Shown here: one piece after another, positions 24,833 through 38,790 of the stretch
How the letters are laid out: the number at the start of each line of letters is the position of its first letter
Position numbering within the stretch: position 1 is the stretch's first letter
Assembly (NCBI GenBank): GCA_964270895.1
Contig: OZ185443.1
Length of the DNA: 64,000 bases
Strand: one strand, 5' to 3'
From: Podarcis filfolensis
Lineage: Eukaryota
Program-made: the position numbers and the translations under genes
The notes under the pieces: generated by a model
Databases searched by the model: none
Seen by the model: the letters and a program-made list of their open reading frames with translations, nothing else
What the model was told of the DNA's origin: nothing

Positions 24833-27001
24833 CTGATCAGTCACTAGAATAACTGCTTGGTGAGATGTGAACTTCCATGCTGAAAGTTAGAAAGAAGCTC
24901 AGGGAACAGGAACCAAGTCTGCTTCTGCCCCACCCTATACAAATTTATTTATTTACTTATAGATTTTGTGAACCACCAGTTGTTCACAGATCTCATGGTG
25001 TTTTTGTACCAAGAAGTGCAGCAATCACATATTAAAAGCAGTAAGCCAATGGAGCAACTGGTGCCATTCTTTGAAATTACACCAAATGGCAAACAATTGG
25101 CCTCTGACAAAGATGGCAGTTTTAAGTAGTTCCCTTGTCTGCCTTCAATAGGATGCTGTTTTTAATTACTGTATCACATGCTATCTTGTCCATGGGAATC
25201 TGTCTTCATTTTGAGTCTGGAAAGATGATGCTCAGCAAGTGAACACAAGTGATACTGACCATTTGAGCTAAAATGCTCCTGTTAATTGAGAGATACATTG
25301 CTGTTTCACTCGGGAGAGCTTTCTAAAGGATAAATCAGTATGATCTCCCGGAGCTCCAGTCTAGATGTACTTTTATTACAAGCTCAGAATCTTAAATTTC
25401 CCCTGTGTTCTTCTGCTGAAGAAAAACACCTTTAAGTAAAAACTTTATCGTTTACTAGTTCAATATCTCATTTCACATACACAAGCCCCTTGACATATAA
25501 TCATCACTTGCCCGCCATTCCTTCTTCAGTCATTGTCCAAAAGCTAATGATATTAATAAAACCTGCCATATGGATGAAAATGGACATTTCTAGATGTCAG
25601 TTAACTTATATTGCTGTATTAATGACATAAAAATTGAGAGCTCTTCTTGAAACAAATTATCACAAGACCCCCTTCTTACGGCAAAATTAGGGATGCCACT
25701 GTCAAATGCATCAGTTGAAAAAGAGGCATTTAATAGGAAGTGTGTGGACTCAGGAACATTTCCACTGGTACTTCAGTGATCAGGGAGGATAAGACTAACC
25801 TTTTCCTTTCCCCCTTCTAGTTCTGACTAAAATCTCCTTCATAGTTTTTTATTAATTTCCATTGTTTTTTGTAGTGTGAATGTGGAGGTAAGTTTTTTGG
25901 TGATTATAAAATGTGGGTTTGAGGTGATATTTATGTTATGTAATGATATATTGTATTGCAATTATGTTGCATTTTGATGTTTTTGAACAGGATTTTGTGG
26001 CTCTTAGTTCTTCTGATTATGCACATTCTTTAGAAACATTTATTTATTGATGACACTTAAAATGTGGAATTATTATTAGTAGCAGTGGTAGTATTGCTTG
26101 GTTTTGAATGAGGGATTTACAGCACCTTTCTTATATCAGTTCATTTTTTTCTTTTCTTTTTTGAGCTTTGCAAACAGTTTAGAGTGTTCTGCTGAAACAA
26201 TGTATAAATTAAATAAACTGCAAGCCCTGGAAGAGAAGATTCAAGGAAAGTGGGCTCCCCCCCCCCCCGGACTAGTAGCAGGCATAGTAGCCGCGGATAT
26301 ACATTGTATTAAATCTCTCTTCCCTGTATGCCAAGGTCTCAAGGAAAATTGGGGGTCTGTGCATGCTAAAGTTTTCTTTTTCAACTGATGTGGTTGCCAG
26401 TGGTGTATTTAGTGTCAGAGCTAATTGGGCCTTCAGCTAATTAAGTACAGTTCCACACAAAGCAACTTGCGCCCATCACTGCCGATTAGAACAATGGAAA
26501 GGATTTGGGTGTGGGTGGGTGCTTGGATATTGTCACCAGGAATTCAAGAAGATCAGTAATTCAGAACCATTGATTTCTACAGGAGCTAATTTGATCCAAA
26601 ACAGTGGTGCAGAGAGGGAACTTTTCTTACAAGCAAACAGACATGGACAACACCCACCCATTTAGGTTTGGAATGTCTTGTTTATTATGCTGATTCCAAT
26701 GCTTTCTGATACAAAAATCTGAGAATAGTTGTTTTTGACATATAAATAGCTAAAGTCTGGTCCCACCATAATTAAAGACAACTTGCTTCTTCCCGCAACT
26801 CCCAAAAAAGAAAGGACATTGCCTCTACATATATGTTCACTTTTGAAAATAAAGGAAATTGTATATACAAAGGTTTTGCTTTTTTGTTTGGAAGCCAAGC
26901 TTTTCTTTTCTTTAAAATACAGCTAGTGGGCCTGAAATGACAAACGGGTTTTTAAAAAATGGCTATTTCCTTTCAGGTTCTTGGCACAATGTCTCATTCT
27001 C

Positions 27002-27020
27002 TAGTGCCCTCTGGTGGCTA
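27002..27020 (-). promoter_or_regulatory. CTCF core binding motif
   Basis: Reverse complement TAGCCACCAGAGGGCACTA versus consensus TGGCCACCAGGGGGCGCTA; 3 differences, all at positions that tolerate the variant base. Motif match only. Confidence 0.6.
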
Positions 27021-27924
27021 CTTTGTTCTGACTGTTCTTAAAAGAGTTGTCAGTTATTTCAATGGCAGAAATCAACTGAATTCTAAATTACTGTACAGAG
27101 TTATGGAAAGTGAAGGACAATGATAGACTGTATGGTGTATGGGTGGTGATAAAGCCAAATTCCAAATGTAACGTAAGAGTGAATGCCAGGGTTCACTACA
27201 AAGTGTTTGGTTTAAAGGAAATATTACTCTAGCTTTGATGAGAAAAAACATTAAAGAAAAGAAAGGGAGGGAAATGGGGCATTGAAACTGGGCCCATCAG
27301 TTGAACATTATGTAACAGATGTCGCCCTCTAGATATTACTGAACTATAATTTCCATAATCCACAACCATTAAGCATGCTTGCTAGGGATGGTAGGGGTTG
27401 GGATTCTTCAACATCTGGAGAGCCAAACGTTCCCCACACCTGCTCAAGGGTTCTCATTTTCAAAACTTACAGATACTTTGGTTTGCTTCTTTGTCATATC
27501 CAGTACTACTGTAAGAAACCTCAAAGTGTTTCTGAGGTACATGCATCAATGAAGATTTAGCCCTTATTATCATCTTGTTTCCTTCTCGTTACTATGCAGT
27601 CCCTCTGAATTTCCTGTGATTCTGTACATTGCTACACACATACACACACTTTTTAATTGTCATGAAGGCATTCAACTACTGTACATCCCCAACACACACA
27701 ACTGGGCAGGAGATACATTTAAATCAATATAGTATCCTTGGAGGAGAAGATACATTGAAATCAGTATCAGTATCCTGACTGTGCAATGACTTCATGTGTG
27801 CAATGCCTATTCACTAAAAAAGAAAAAAGAAGAAGAAAAGGTGGAGGAGTTGAGCTGCAGTTGTATGTGAAATATTTATGTCGCTTTTACTACTGTTTAT
27901 CAGAGTTTGTGTAGAATATTGACT

Positions 27925-28235
27925 TGTGCCCCAAGGCCCCCAAGCCCTTCCCCAGTAAATAAATTCCAACGGACGCATAATTTTAATTTTTGGGCAAAAT
28001 TTTGGCCACAACTTTATTGATTACAAAACAAATTAAGTGGTATTGGCCTAGGCATTGGTCAGAGACTATAACTGACTCCTGCCTCTCTGGCTGGTAGTCT
28101 GAAAGGGTAAACACCAAACAAGGGAGCAACAGTGAAGATAGATTGAAGCTCACCCCGGGGTTCCTGTAGTCCTGGCATGGCCCTAGCCCCTCAAGTGGAC
28201 TTCAGACAAGATCCAGGACCCCCCAGTTCCTTTAC
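27925..28235 (-). mobile_element. Ngaro/DIRS-like retroelement terminal remnant (tentative)
   Basis: Minus strand reads aatcaataaagttgtggccaaattttgccc...gggcttgggggcctt, matching 62860-62945. Family assignment is from memory. Confidence 0.4.
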
Positions 28236-29089
28236 TGGAATACCCTATTTCTGGATGGGTATGTGATGGCCATAAATAAAAGCAATTTGAATAGATTTAG
28301 AACAGTCAACAAGAAAACATTTGGCCATTCTCAATGGAGACCACGTTATGATCTGAGTCACAGTGATCTCACCAATCTTATTTTAAAAATGCAGTGTGAA
28401 GAAAAACATATATATGCTTTCCCTCCTTAACAGACAGTAAATTAACTTTTGATCAAGTTTAAGCTGTTCCTGTCTTTTTTCTGAACTCAGATCTGTTCAA
28501 TGGCTTGATATGTTTTCTGAATTTGCTTCCTATCTGAGACAGCAAAAGTGTGGCAGAAAAGGAGTTGTCAAGTGCCTGGCAGGCCACTCTGCATGGTGGT
28601 GAGCTGTGTGTTATCTCATGGCGTCAAATGTTGTGTAGGCAAATCCTTAGTGGAGCATGCCAGTGAGATTTCCGTCTAGAAGTTTTCATTACAGAGCTCA
28701 GTCATAGGTAGATGTTCAGCTTCCAATTATCCTTGAACTAGGATATGGAGTCCTGCAATGCATACCAAAGGAATCGGTTTTAGTGGCAAATTACAGTACA
28801 GCATGTTTAGGAAACTAATCAGTTCTAGCTTAAATATCACTTTAAACACCTGGGAATCAGTGTCCTTGGTCTGAAAGGATATATTGTAGGATAGGGTCAT
28901 TTTATTACTATTTTAATGTTAGATAAAAATATTATTTTGATTTTATAGTATCATTCACTGCAATTATTAAATCATCTATCGAGAGGAAGATATATATTGT
29001 TGTAAAAGCCTGCCACATTTCTTCCTTGCCTTTGTTCTGCAAAAAAGTGATTATCTATAAAGTTATCTGGTCATTTATTTGAAGGAGCT

Positions 29090-29400
29090 ATGCTTAATAC
29101 CAGTGCAAATCTTCCTTTCTATAACCTCATTCCTATAACTATCAAATTTGCCTTTAATAGGAATTCCTTTTGTGCTTCATTTAAATTCAAGGAACTGATC
29201 AGGTCACCTACCACAAATATTTCTGGATCAAAAAGAATGTCACTGTCCATAATCAGATTCATTTCTCCACTTTTCATTTTCTGCAAAGAAGCACTACTAT
29301 ATTTTGCCACAACATAAAGAAACATATTCCAATTTTCTTTCCCATAATACTAACATCTGTCATTTGCTTTCATCCCAAATCTCAGCATTCTCATAACCAA
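29090..29400 (-). mobile_element. Old L1-like ORF2 C-terminal remnant
   Basis: ILFDPEIFVVGDLISSLNLNEAQKEFLLKA resembles the L1 ORF2 region downstream of the zinc-knuckle; degenerate. Confidence 0.5.
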
Positions 29401-29819
29401 TGCCCTATATGCACCTGAATACAATATTCTACTCCTTGAGAGCATATGGTGAACATTAAACTTTTGCCTAATCCCCCCCCCCCACAACCTATGCCTTTAC
29501 TTATTAACATTCAGTATACTTTTTTCCAGAGAATGACTGGATCCTAAGTAGCAAAATACAATTTAAAGCATCTAACTGATTGAGTATCAGAGGTATGGAG
29601 TTGGTTCAGTACTGAGAGTCCAATTTAGAAAGAAACAGTAAATGAAGGATGGCAGTTAATATGCAAGTTTGGTTGCATGTAAATAAAATTATTCTAATTT
29701 CTTTCAAAATTATTGCAAGGAAAACATATATAAAAGAAAATACATAAAATTGTATCTATAAAAGAAGAGAGAAGTGTAATGGCATAGCAATAGGTATAAG
29801 GGTCACTGATCACTGCGCC

Positions 29820-30170
29820 AATAGGTCTGGTAACCTCAAGGTTAGATTACTGCAATGCATTGTATGTAGGGCTGCCTCTGAAGACTGTTCAGAAACTTCA
29901 GCTGGTGCAGAATTCAGCAGTCAGGTTGCTCACCAGGGAAATAAGGTTTGAGCATATAACACCAGTTCTGGCTTAACTGCTTTGGCTGCCAGTGAGTTTC
30001 CAGGCCTAGTTCAAACTGCTGCTTTTGACCTATAAAGCCATAAATGGATCAGAACCTCAACACCTCAAGGACCTCCTCTCCCTGCATGAATCAACCTGGA
30101 CCCTGTGCTCATCATCTGACATCTTCATTTGTCAACCACAAGAGGTTGGAAGGGTGGCAAAATGAGAACA
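29820..30170 (+). mobile_element. L2-clade LINE ORF2 C-terminal remnant
   Basis: [35 protein letters not shown]...HITPVL...WLPV...LLTYKAING. Confidence 0.9.
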
Positions 30171-30242
30171 TTGTCAAGAGAAAATCACCAGCCTTTCTCT
30201 CTCATCTCCAACTCCTCTCCTTCTCATAGAATCTACCTAGTG

Positions 30243-30386
30243 AAGGACTGTGACTCAATGGTGAAGCACCTGCTTTCTATACAGAAGGTCCCAAATTCAA
30301 TCTGGAAGTAAGGCTGGAAAAGTCCTCATCAGAAACCCTGGAAAGCTGAACCAGTCATTGTAGATAATACTGAACCAGATGAACCC
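30243..30386 (+). mobile_element. tRNA-derived SINE (Squam2-like), diverged
   Basis: Head gactcaatggtgaagcacctgctttctatacagaaggtcccaaattcaat; body gaaaccctggaaagc...cagtcattgtagataatactgaaccagatg. Confidence 0.75.
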
Positions 30387-31439
30387 TGGAAAAGTTTCCT
30401 AGAAAGTAAAGAAATAGCTATTATACCTACACTTTGCTTTCCATTAAGATATGGTGCTTGGAGTAGTTTGAGTGTCCATCTAAAATTTCAGTACTGCACA
30501 ACTAGGGGCAGACGTTGTGCCATAATGAATTTATACTATATTCAAATCTATTTCCAACAGATTTATACATGGATTTGGGTGGTTAAGACCCAATCAAGCT
30601 TTGCTCTCATCAGACCACCATTTGCATCAAACATCTCCAGGTTGTTTTTTTTAAAGCTCAACTAATTTTATGCAAAATTATATGCAAAAAATACAAGTAG
30701 TATGTGTATAGAATGAATGAAAGAGACAATCTCTGTGGTGTATTATATTTCTGTGGCTTTATTTTATATATTTATAATTATATTACCATGCATTTATACA
30801 CATTCTTGTGTATTGTGTATTGTGGTTTTGTTAGGAAACCTGGTGTGTAGAAATGTGACAAGTATAATAGTGCATGTACTATGTGAGAATTGTTCATATT
30901 TGTAGCAGAATTGGGGAAATAAGGCTTACTTCTTGTCAACATTAAGAAGTGAGATGGGAATTAGAAGAAGAAGAAGAAGAAACCTATGTGGATAAGCTTG
31001 ATCTTTCTCTAAACGATTCCACCAAGGCCTCCCACATTTTTTATGTTCCATAAAGCAGTAAATGGTCATGAACAATGTCTGTGAATGTTAGTTACACATT
31101 ATGTCTCTGTGTGTAAGTGTAAAGAAAATAATCTCATCTACATTTCTAAGAGATGCTAATTACATACTGCATATTAAATCAAGTCCACTTGGGGAAAGGT
31201 TTCCTTAATTAATTAAATTAATTAGCAATAAGGCAGAAGAGGGAGCCATGGTTATCAGGAGATAATCACACCCCCAGGACATGGCTTTGCACTCAGAAGG
31301 AATGTTTCAACTTTTAGGATGAAAGTACGACAACTTTTACTTAATTTTAACAAGTGACTCCTGGATATTCCCACACTTTAGATAGGCCAGATGTGTTTGC
31401 TCCACACACATTTGTAACAAACCAAATGACACAGCAGCA

Positions 31440-32075
31440 GGAATGGGGGAGAAGTTTGGTTTGCGTTTAAAGGTAAGCCTACCAAATTTGTCTTCTCTGT
31501 GACAACACACAAAGCCATCTTTCAAAATTCATACTTCTCTGAATTTTGCAATGCAGTTCTCCTGTCAAGTAACGTGTATAAAAAGTACCGTATTTTTTGC
31601 TCTATAAGACTCACCTTTTCCCTTCTAAAAAGTAAGGGGAAATGTGTGTGCGTCTTATGGAGCGAATGCAGGCTGCGCAGCTATCCCAGAAGCCAGAACA
31701 GCAAGAGGGATTGCTGATTTCACTGCGCAGCGATCCCTCTTGCTCTTCTGGCTTCTGAGATTCAGAATATTTTTTTTCCTGTTCTCCTCCTCCAAAAACT
31801 AGGTGCGTCTTGTGGTCTGGTGCCTCTTATAGAGCGAAAAATACGGTATATACTAGGGTAAAGTGTGCATAAAAATGCATATGGTAGGGAAAATAACACC
31901 CCAAAATGCATTGTGTCTAATAAGATAAATTCACACTAAAATCCCGATGAAGGACTATTTCTTAAAAATAAAATAAAAATCACAAACTGATGTGGAATTG
32001 TGGTCAATTGAAGACTGGAAAAAATCTTTAGTCAGGACAGAGAAATAAAAACTGACAGATTGGCCCATTCTTAAA
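31440..32075 (+). repeat. AT-rich lacertid interspersed repeat (near full length), interrupted by a MITE
   Basis: Runs from ggaatgggggagaag to gattggcccattc; homologous to 2943-3130, 16040-17095 and 42960-43480. Confidence 0.65.
31588..31846. mobile_element. Tc1/mariner-superfamily MITE (Tc2/pogo-like TIRs)
   Basis: TIRs CCGTATTTTTTGCTCTATAAGA / TCTTATAGAGCGAAAAATACGG; TA TSD at 31586-31587 and 31847-31848. Confidence 0.92.
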
Positions 32076-35000
32076 CACCAATGATAACATGGCATAAAAT
32101 ACATTTTTGCATGGTTTACTGTCCAATTTGATTGCTTCAATGTATCTTCTTTTCAGAAACATAAACCTGTGTTAACAGAATAACAGAATAAGGCAGAACG
32201 GCAGGCACTGCTGAAATTTGAAAGACCAAAGTCATCCCTTGTAGCCAGGAGTAATGTGGGGGGGGGGGTGAGAAAAAACTACCCCCACCTTCCACTCTGA
32301 CACTATCAGTGGCAGAGCTTCAGATATGGTGGTGAATCAACTTTTCCGCTGCTCCCGGGCCAGGATTTGGGTTGCTCTTTATCAGGGAGGTGCCAGCAGC
32401 AAAGCAGACTCTTTTAAAAGGAATGGCTGGATCTCATTCCCAGGTATTCCAGAAACAAGTTAACCCCCCTTCTGGTCGAAAGATTTTGCTTTGACATGGT
32501 GATCAATGTTTTTAAGTATTGTTATGATTATAAAAAACAAACCCAAAAACTCAAAATGGCTATCCAAGGAAATCCAAAGTTTTATAGATGCAGGGATAAT
32601 TTGCCATGCAAAATAATGTGTTGATGAATACTGCCATATCCCCTTTTGCCTCCTTTCTAATTTCCCAGAAACAATTATATTCGCCTGACAACAACAGGAA
32701 GCATGACTGCAAAATTGGAGAAAACCAGAAGGTCCTGAGAATGGCATCCAAACACCATGAAATTACAATCTTTAGAGCATGTCAAGAAAAGGGCTAATTC
32801 AGTATAATTTCTTTCTGTAGTTGCAATTTGGTCATTACTATGATATGACAAACCTGCAATGCCTGACAATTCTGAGATCTATGATATTTTGCTCCAATAA
32901 TTTAGAGTTTTTAAATATACGGTATATTAGATGGCTGACCACTCCAACTTGAAACTGTTAATTGGGAACTGAAGAAGGGCCAATGTTGCTTCATACCATT
33001 TGGACATGTCCTTTTATGATCATGCTACTTTAAAAGTGGGTGTTGGGGTGTTTAAATGGTGAACTGATGAGGAATCATGGTCTGATAAAGTACATACTCA
33101 AACTTAATTATTCACACCAATGGAAAAAAATGAGGCTCAATATGCACAAGGCGGTGCTTCTCCCCAACAGCTTTGAGAGCACTGGCCTAGATGTTCTGTT
33201 TGTTTCCCTCACCTGTTCACTGGGTGACCTTGGACCACTTTCTCATAGGTATTTTAAAAGAGCCTTCCTGGATCAGTCCATCTAGTGAAGCATCCTGTTT
33301 TCACAACAGAGAGAAGGAGGAGGAATGGGGAGAAGTATTGGGGAAGTTGCTGTGAATTCCTTGAAAGAAGAACAGGAACAAACATGGTAATTTATTTATT
33401 AATCATCTACTACGATCAAATTAGTTCCTTTGCTGTTAAATAATTATTCTCTTTGCAGTTTGTTTGGCAAAAGGCTTCTTCGGTTTATAACTTTTTAAAG
33501 AAAAGAATTTGCTGGAGCAATCAAATATTCTACGGACCAGCAATTCAAATAGCCTGCCACCCCCCCTCCCTTTTCATGTTCCACTATGACATCTTTGGTA
33601 CTGTTCCTCTTGCTTAACACAACCATCTATTTGAATATGAATTCATTTTGTAAAATTAACACATTAAAGGTTTACATCAATCATATTGAAAAGCTAGCAA
33701 AAATGAAATATAACTTTCATTTTCCATCAACTTACAAAGAAAAATGCCTTGCTGGAACAAGACAATTACATTTTTATGTAAACAAAAGTCTGCACTAATA
33801 TGATTTAACAAAGAATTTATAAAATTTGTTATAAGAAAACTTCAGGTAGTGATACATTCTGACAAGGGTAGAGTTTTATGTTTTCAGATATCATTTTAAT
33901 TTGAACTTTACTTGTAGAAAGTTCTCCAGTAAACAATTTTTCAGGAACGTCCCTCCCACACAAAAAAAGGTTGAACAGTGTATTATTTTCCAACACGTAG
34001 TGTAAGAGATGTGCATATGCCTCCCTGCTCCCCATGTTATGAGAGGAGTCATGGCCACTAGTGGCAGCCCGCCATGTGCCCATAGGTCATGCCCTCTGGT
34101 AACTGTGCTTTCAGCAGTAAAATGAAGGAGGATCCCTCTGCATACAGATGTGAATTCCAGCTCTGGTTACTCCAAGTGATTGCTTATCCTGAAGAGCTCT
34201 ATGCACATAGGGCTGTACAAATATAGGTTTCCTTCTAAATCACTGCATTTCTCCACATGGTTTTTATATCCTAATTGATTTTATGGTCAGCTGTTAAAAC
34301 TGCTTTAAAATCTGTCAACATCTCCCCCCGCCCCCCCCCCAAAAAATCAGCACAGTTATCTGTTAATACGTATGTTGCTTTCCAGAACTTCAATCCTGGA
34401 GTAATGTTATTTGGAATACCTTCTTAATTCCATTTGCTAGATTCCTCTCATCCCCCTAGATAAAAGATTCCAGTCATTACTTTTAAAACTAGTCAGCTTC
34501 TCTCCTTCCTCTTTTTGGCTTCATGGAAATGTTTTTTGAGGTCACAATGTCACAGAGTGACTTCATCATTGTACCATTTTCATGTGGCTATGATGCTATG
34601 TGAAACATGAGAAGTTAATTGGTGTGCGCTAGGTATGTGTCCCCATCATCATGAACTCATTGGCTGCCTCTCTGTGTGGATAATGGCAAAGTCCCAGATA
34701 GGTTGGTGCTGGAAATGTTATCAGACATGCTATGGGCATATCTGGCATTTTTTTTTTTTGCATTTTATATTGGGTGGGTTTCCCCATTCCACCTGGGATA
34801 AGCATGTAAAAGAAATACTGGTTATTCCACTGGCACAGAACCATGCTATCCTTAGTCCCTGCATTGTGCAAGTATAGAAATACTCTGCCCATCACTTTCT
34901 TGGACCTCTTTCATAGCTCAAATGTGCTATTTTGCAACAGTGCATTTATGAAACAGTGTTCATGAAGCAGTAGCTCTTTGTACAATGTATTAATTAAGGC

Positions 35001-37442
35001 TTAATAAGTAAATTACTATTGTATGTAGTATTCCTTGCCTTCAGCTATCCCGAATGACTACTGAATTTGATAACAGAGCTGTCTATCACTTTTCAATTGT
35101 ATGAACACTGAAGCATTATTCTCACTAAAACTTCACAATTGCATACTGTTCCGTCTGAATATTAATAGTCTGCACACCACATATTTTTATTTGATAGTCT
35201 AAGAATGGGAATTATAAAGTACAAAATGTAATGAGAAAGACCAGTCTAATAAATTATGAACTCAGGCATTCACCTGAAAAACAGACACACACAGAGAGAG
35301 TCAATTCTCTCTTCATTTCTTCATTTGACTATGATGCCACGCCCTGAAGCTATTTGAAATCTGAAAATAATTATAGCATTAGCAATCCATATTTATTTAT
35401 ATATGAAATGAAAATGCAAGGCTATGATAAATAGACTCGTTTTCCATTTTCTCTGGGATCAAATTGTGCAGAAGAATTCTATGCACAAATTAATTATATT
35501 TTAAATGAGTCCATGAAAGTTTAGAAGCACTGGGATTGGCACTTGATAAAGGACTATTCCACTCTCCCGCCTCCAATTCTATTTATCTTGAAAACCCTTC
35601 TAGCCTGAAGGTTCCATGCAATATTTCTTAAGTAAATTTCTCACCCTGGAGATGTTGGTGTGCAAAGCCAACATTTTTTTTTCATTTTATGCAGGGGGAA
35701 CTGGGAGTTTTCCCGAACAAATCTCAAAGGGTTAATTCATCAGACAAGCAATGCCTTAGTTTGTTGTTCTCTTTCATTAAACCCTCACCCCAAAGAGGCT
35801 GCATTGTTCTTGGGAGATGAGGCAAATGATGTCCCATCAGGACTCAGTACAGCCTAGTTCAACAGAAAAAGGTTACACTGCCCTCCTCTTGGTCCACAAA
35901 GCATGTGTGAAGGTTCTGCGAAATGCTAGCCAGTAACACGAATATTCTGCTTCTTACAGCCATTACTCAAAGAAAATAAGGCATTGCAAAATTCTGAAAG
36001 TAATGCAAACATCAAGTAGTGGGTGTAAAAGTGAACAAAGGTCACATTGTATCTGTTGTTACAATGGATTTTGGACATCACACCTGTTATCACACCCGTA
36101 TTTGTGCAGATGGTGCACCACAGTTACTGGTCCTACCATCACTTTCTGCAATGAAGAGAGACTGCACATAGACTGAGTTCGGATGCTTGGCATCTTGCAG
36201 GAACTGGAGTCTTTGAATGAGTGCCCATGAATCTTTCCCCTACCTCATGAAAACACATTCTTTGCCGCCATAGGGAGTCCAAAATTCCAAGGCCCTCAGT
36301 CCAAATGATCAGACAGAGTAAGGAATACAAGTACATTTGGAAGTGGAATAACTACCGTATTAAGCAAAATCCAGACAGTAATTCAAGAAGTCAGGAAAAT
36401 GTATGTCACCATTCTCCACATCTTTCTCACCCCTTTAACTCCTTGTGAGTATCTGATACCTGCATAAATTCACTCTTGTTGAGTTGAAGATTTTCTGAGA
36501 AATACACTCTGGCAAGTTATATTGAAACCTGTCATAGGTTACACTCATGAGTAAGAAAGATAATGTTTATAGTGAGGCTGATGACTATATTTTAAGAATA
36601 GCTAAAGAAAACCTAAAGGTAAAGTGCTTCCTCTAAAGTGGTAATTCACATAGTAATTCTTTTTCATTTTAAAATTGATTCTGCACCCCAGCGCTATGAC
36701 AGCAGTCATTTCTCAACCCAGCTAGCCATCTTAACCTTATAGTTGCATGTGAAGGATAACAGTAAGTGCCTATCAGAGCAAAATTGATTAGTCAGTAGAA
36801 GGCTAGCTGTAACATGGACTTGCACATAAAATGGCATGTTTTGCTCATCATTATATGCAAAATTCATAAAACGTAATAATTGTGCCCATTTTATCCTTCT
36901 ATGGGCTCACGCACATGAGTAGCTGCCACATTAAATGTGCAATTGCAAACCAAGCCCATTGGGAATTTTCCAGCATGCCACTAAAGACATTGGTGTGTGT
37001 GTGTGGGGGGGGGGGGATATTTGTAGTGACTGGGGAAAATTTCTCTGATCCACATGGCATAAACCCAATGGAGATAATCAATGTCCCACCACCTTTTTGT
37101 TTGTCTCCTCATAATGCTATGGGGTTTTTCCCCCCATGGAAAGGCCAGCTGATCTAGAAAGGATTTAGAATTTCAGCATAATGTGTACCTGAGTGTTTCT
37201 CACTGGAACAGTCCATTGAAATGGGCAAAGGAGTGTCCTCACCATCTCTATGTTTCAGTGTAGGACTTCCTGAAATTGCTAATACTCATCCTTCCTCCAC
37301 ACAGTAAGTTCATCAAAGCAATACCATGCCGCAATGTGACCAGATTATCCTATTAACAACACCCACCCTTACATTAAATCCAGCCTCCAGTATGGAGTAG
37401 GAAACAAACTCCTGGCCAATTCAGCCAAATTTTGGACAGGCA

Positions 37443-37487
<45 letters not shown>
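37443..37487. repeat. (AAT)n microsatellite
   Basis: About 15 AAT units. Confidence 0.98.
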
Positions 37488-38691
37488 TCCTACTCAACCC
37501 CACAGCAACTATAAATCCTGCACTGGAACTGAGGGTGGTCTGGACAGGGACTTTTAAACCCTGTGGCCATGTCCCATGACACAGATACTTTCATTCCTGA
37601 CATCACTGCATGTCACATCACTCCCTCCCTTGCCTAAATGGTGTCCCAGGATGTGGGACCATATAGTCAGAGGAGGTGGAATGCTACAGGTAGCAAGCTC
37701 CACTGTGCAGAGTGGCATTTAATTTTGAGTAATCTTGAGCAGTGTTTGGCTGCTTGGATATCCTTGTAAAGAGCCCCTTAATATAGATGTCCTCAATGTT
37801 TCTACAATACTGTGCATCTGACATGTTAAAAGCAAGAGAAAGTGACTAGTGTAAAGCATCCAGGAAGAAACGCCTTTTACTGACAGAGTACTTATATCTT
37901 CCGTTTTCACCCATCAACCAATTTTTCCAGTCCTAGCTCAAGAAGAGTGTATCCATTATTTGATTATATGCACCAGTGCTGTTATAAAATGAAGGCCGAA
38001 ATGACTTCAGTTTCAACATATTTCACAGGCTTAAAATCAGGCAGATTTCAGCAAGTGTCAAAAAAGAAAAGGTTCAAATTTTATATTTCCTTTAATAACC
38101 ATGCTCTTTTCTGTAGTTATACTGTGAAATTTCACGTCTTTGTATCCAGATATAAGCATAATCATTTATACATAGGAAAACTTACTGAGCTTTTCTTCTT
38201 CTTAATTGAGCTGCTTTCTCTAGTTTAGAAAATGCCTGTCACCTGATATTGCTCACTGTTCATAAGCTTATTAAGTCACACATGATTTTAATTCGTAGGC
38301 AAGACTCTTCATATTCAAAATTACTATTGTCCTGGAAACATCACTAGCATCACCAAACAAACAAAACACAATCAATAATTTCTTCCATATGTGTGCTCAG
38401 AAATAGAAGGCTTTAAACTAATTCACTGGGGAGAGATGGGATCTTGAACTGCCTCTGTATGAACTCTCTAGGGGAAATATACTGAAGAATTAACAATTGC
38501 ATCCAATTAGATTGCTAATAGTTCAGAACCCTGTAATCGTTCCTGATGCAAACTCATTCTCCTTAAACAAAAACAATGGGCAATAAAATATGTAGAAACA
38601 AATATAGTGGCATGTAAGCATAGCTGGCTGGATCACGAATGGAAAAAAGAGAACATTTTTAGAAGAAAGAAAACATGGTATGCCATAATTT

Positions 38692-38790
38692 GAGAACCAG
38701 TGTGCTTGAGTGGTTAAATTGTTGGACTAGTACCTAGGAGACTAGGGTTCAAATCTCTACTCAGCCATGAAACCTCCTAGGCGCCCTAGG
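38692..38790 (+). mobile_element. tRNA-derived SINE head (Squam3-like)
   Basis: gagaaccagtgtgcttgagtggttaaattgttggactag...gggttcaaatctctactcagccatgaa with A-box- and B-box-like motifs. Confidence 0.7.

Noticed and set aside
30484-30512. Second CTCF-like site (also ~34061)
   Set aside because: The core is one base short of the consensus spacing.
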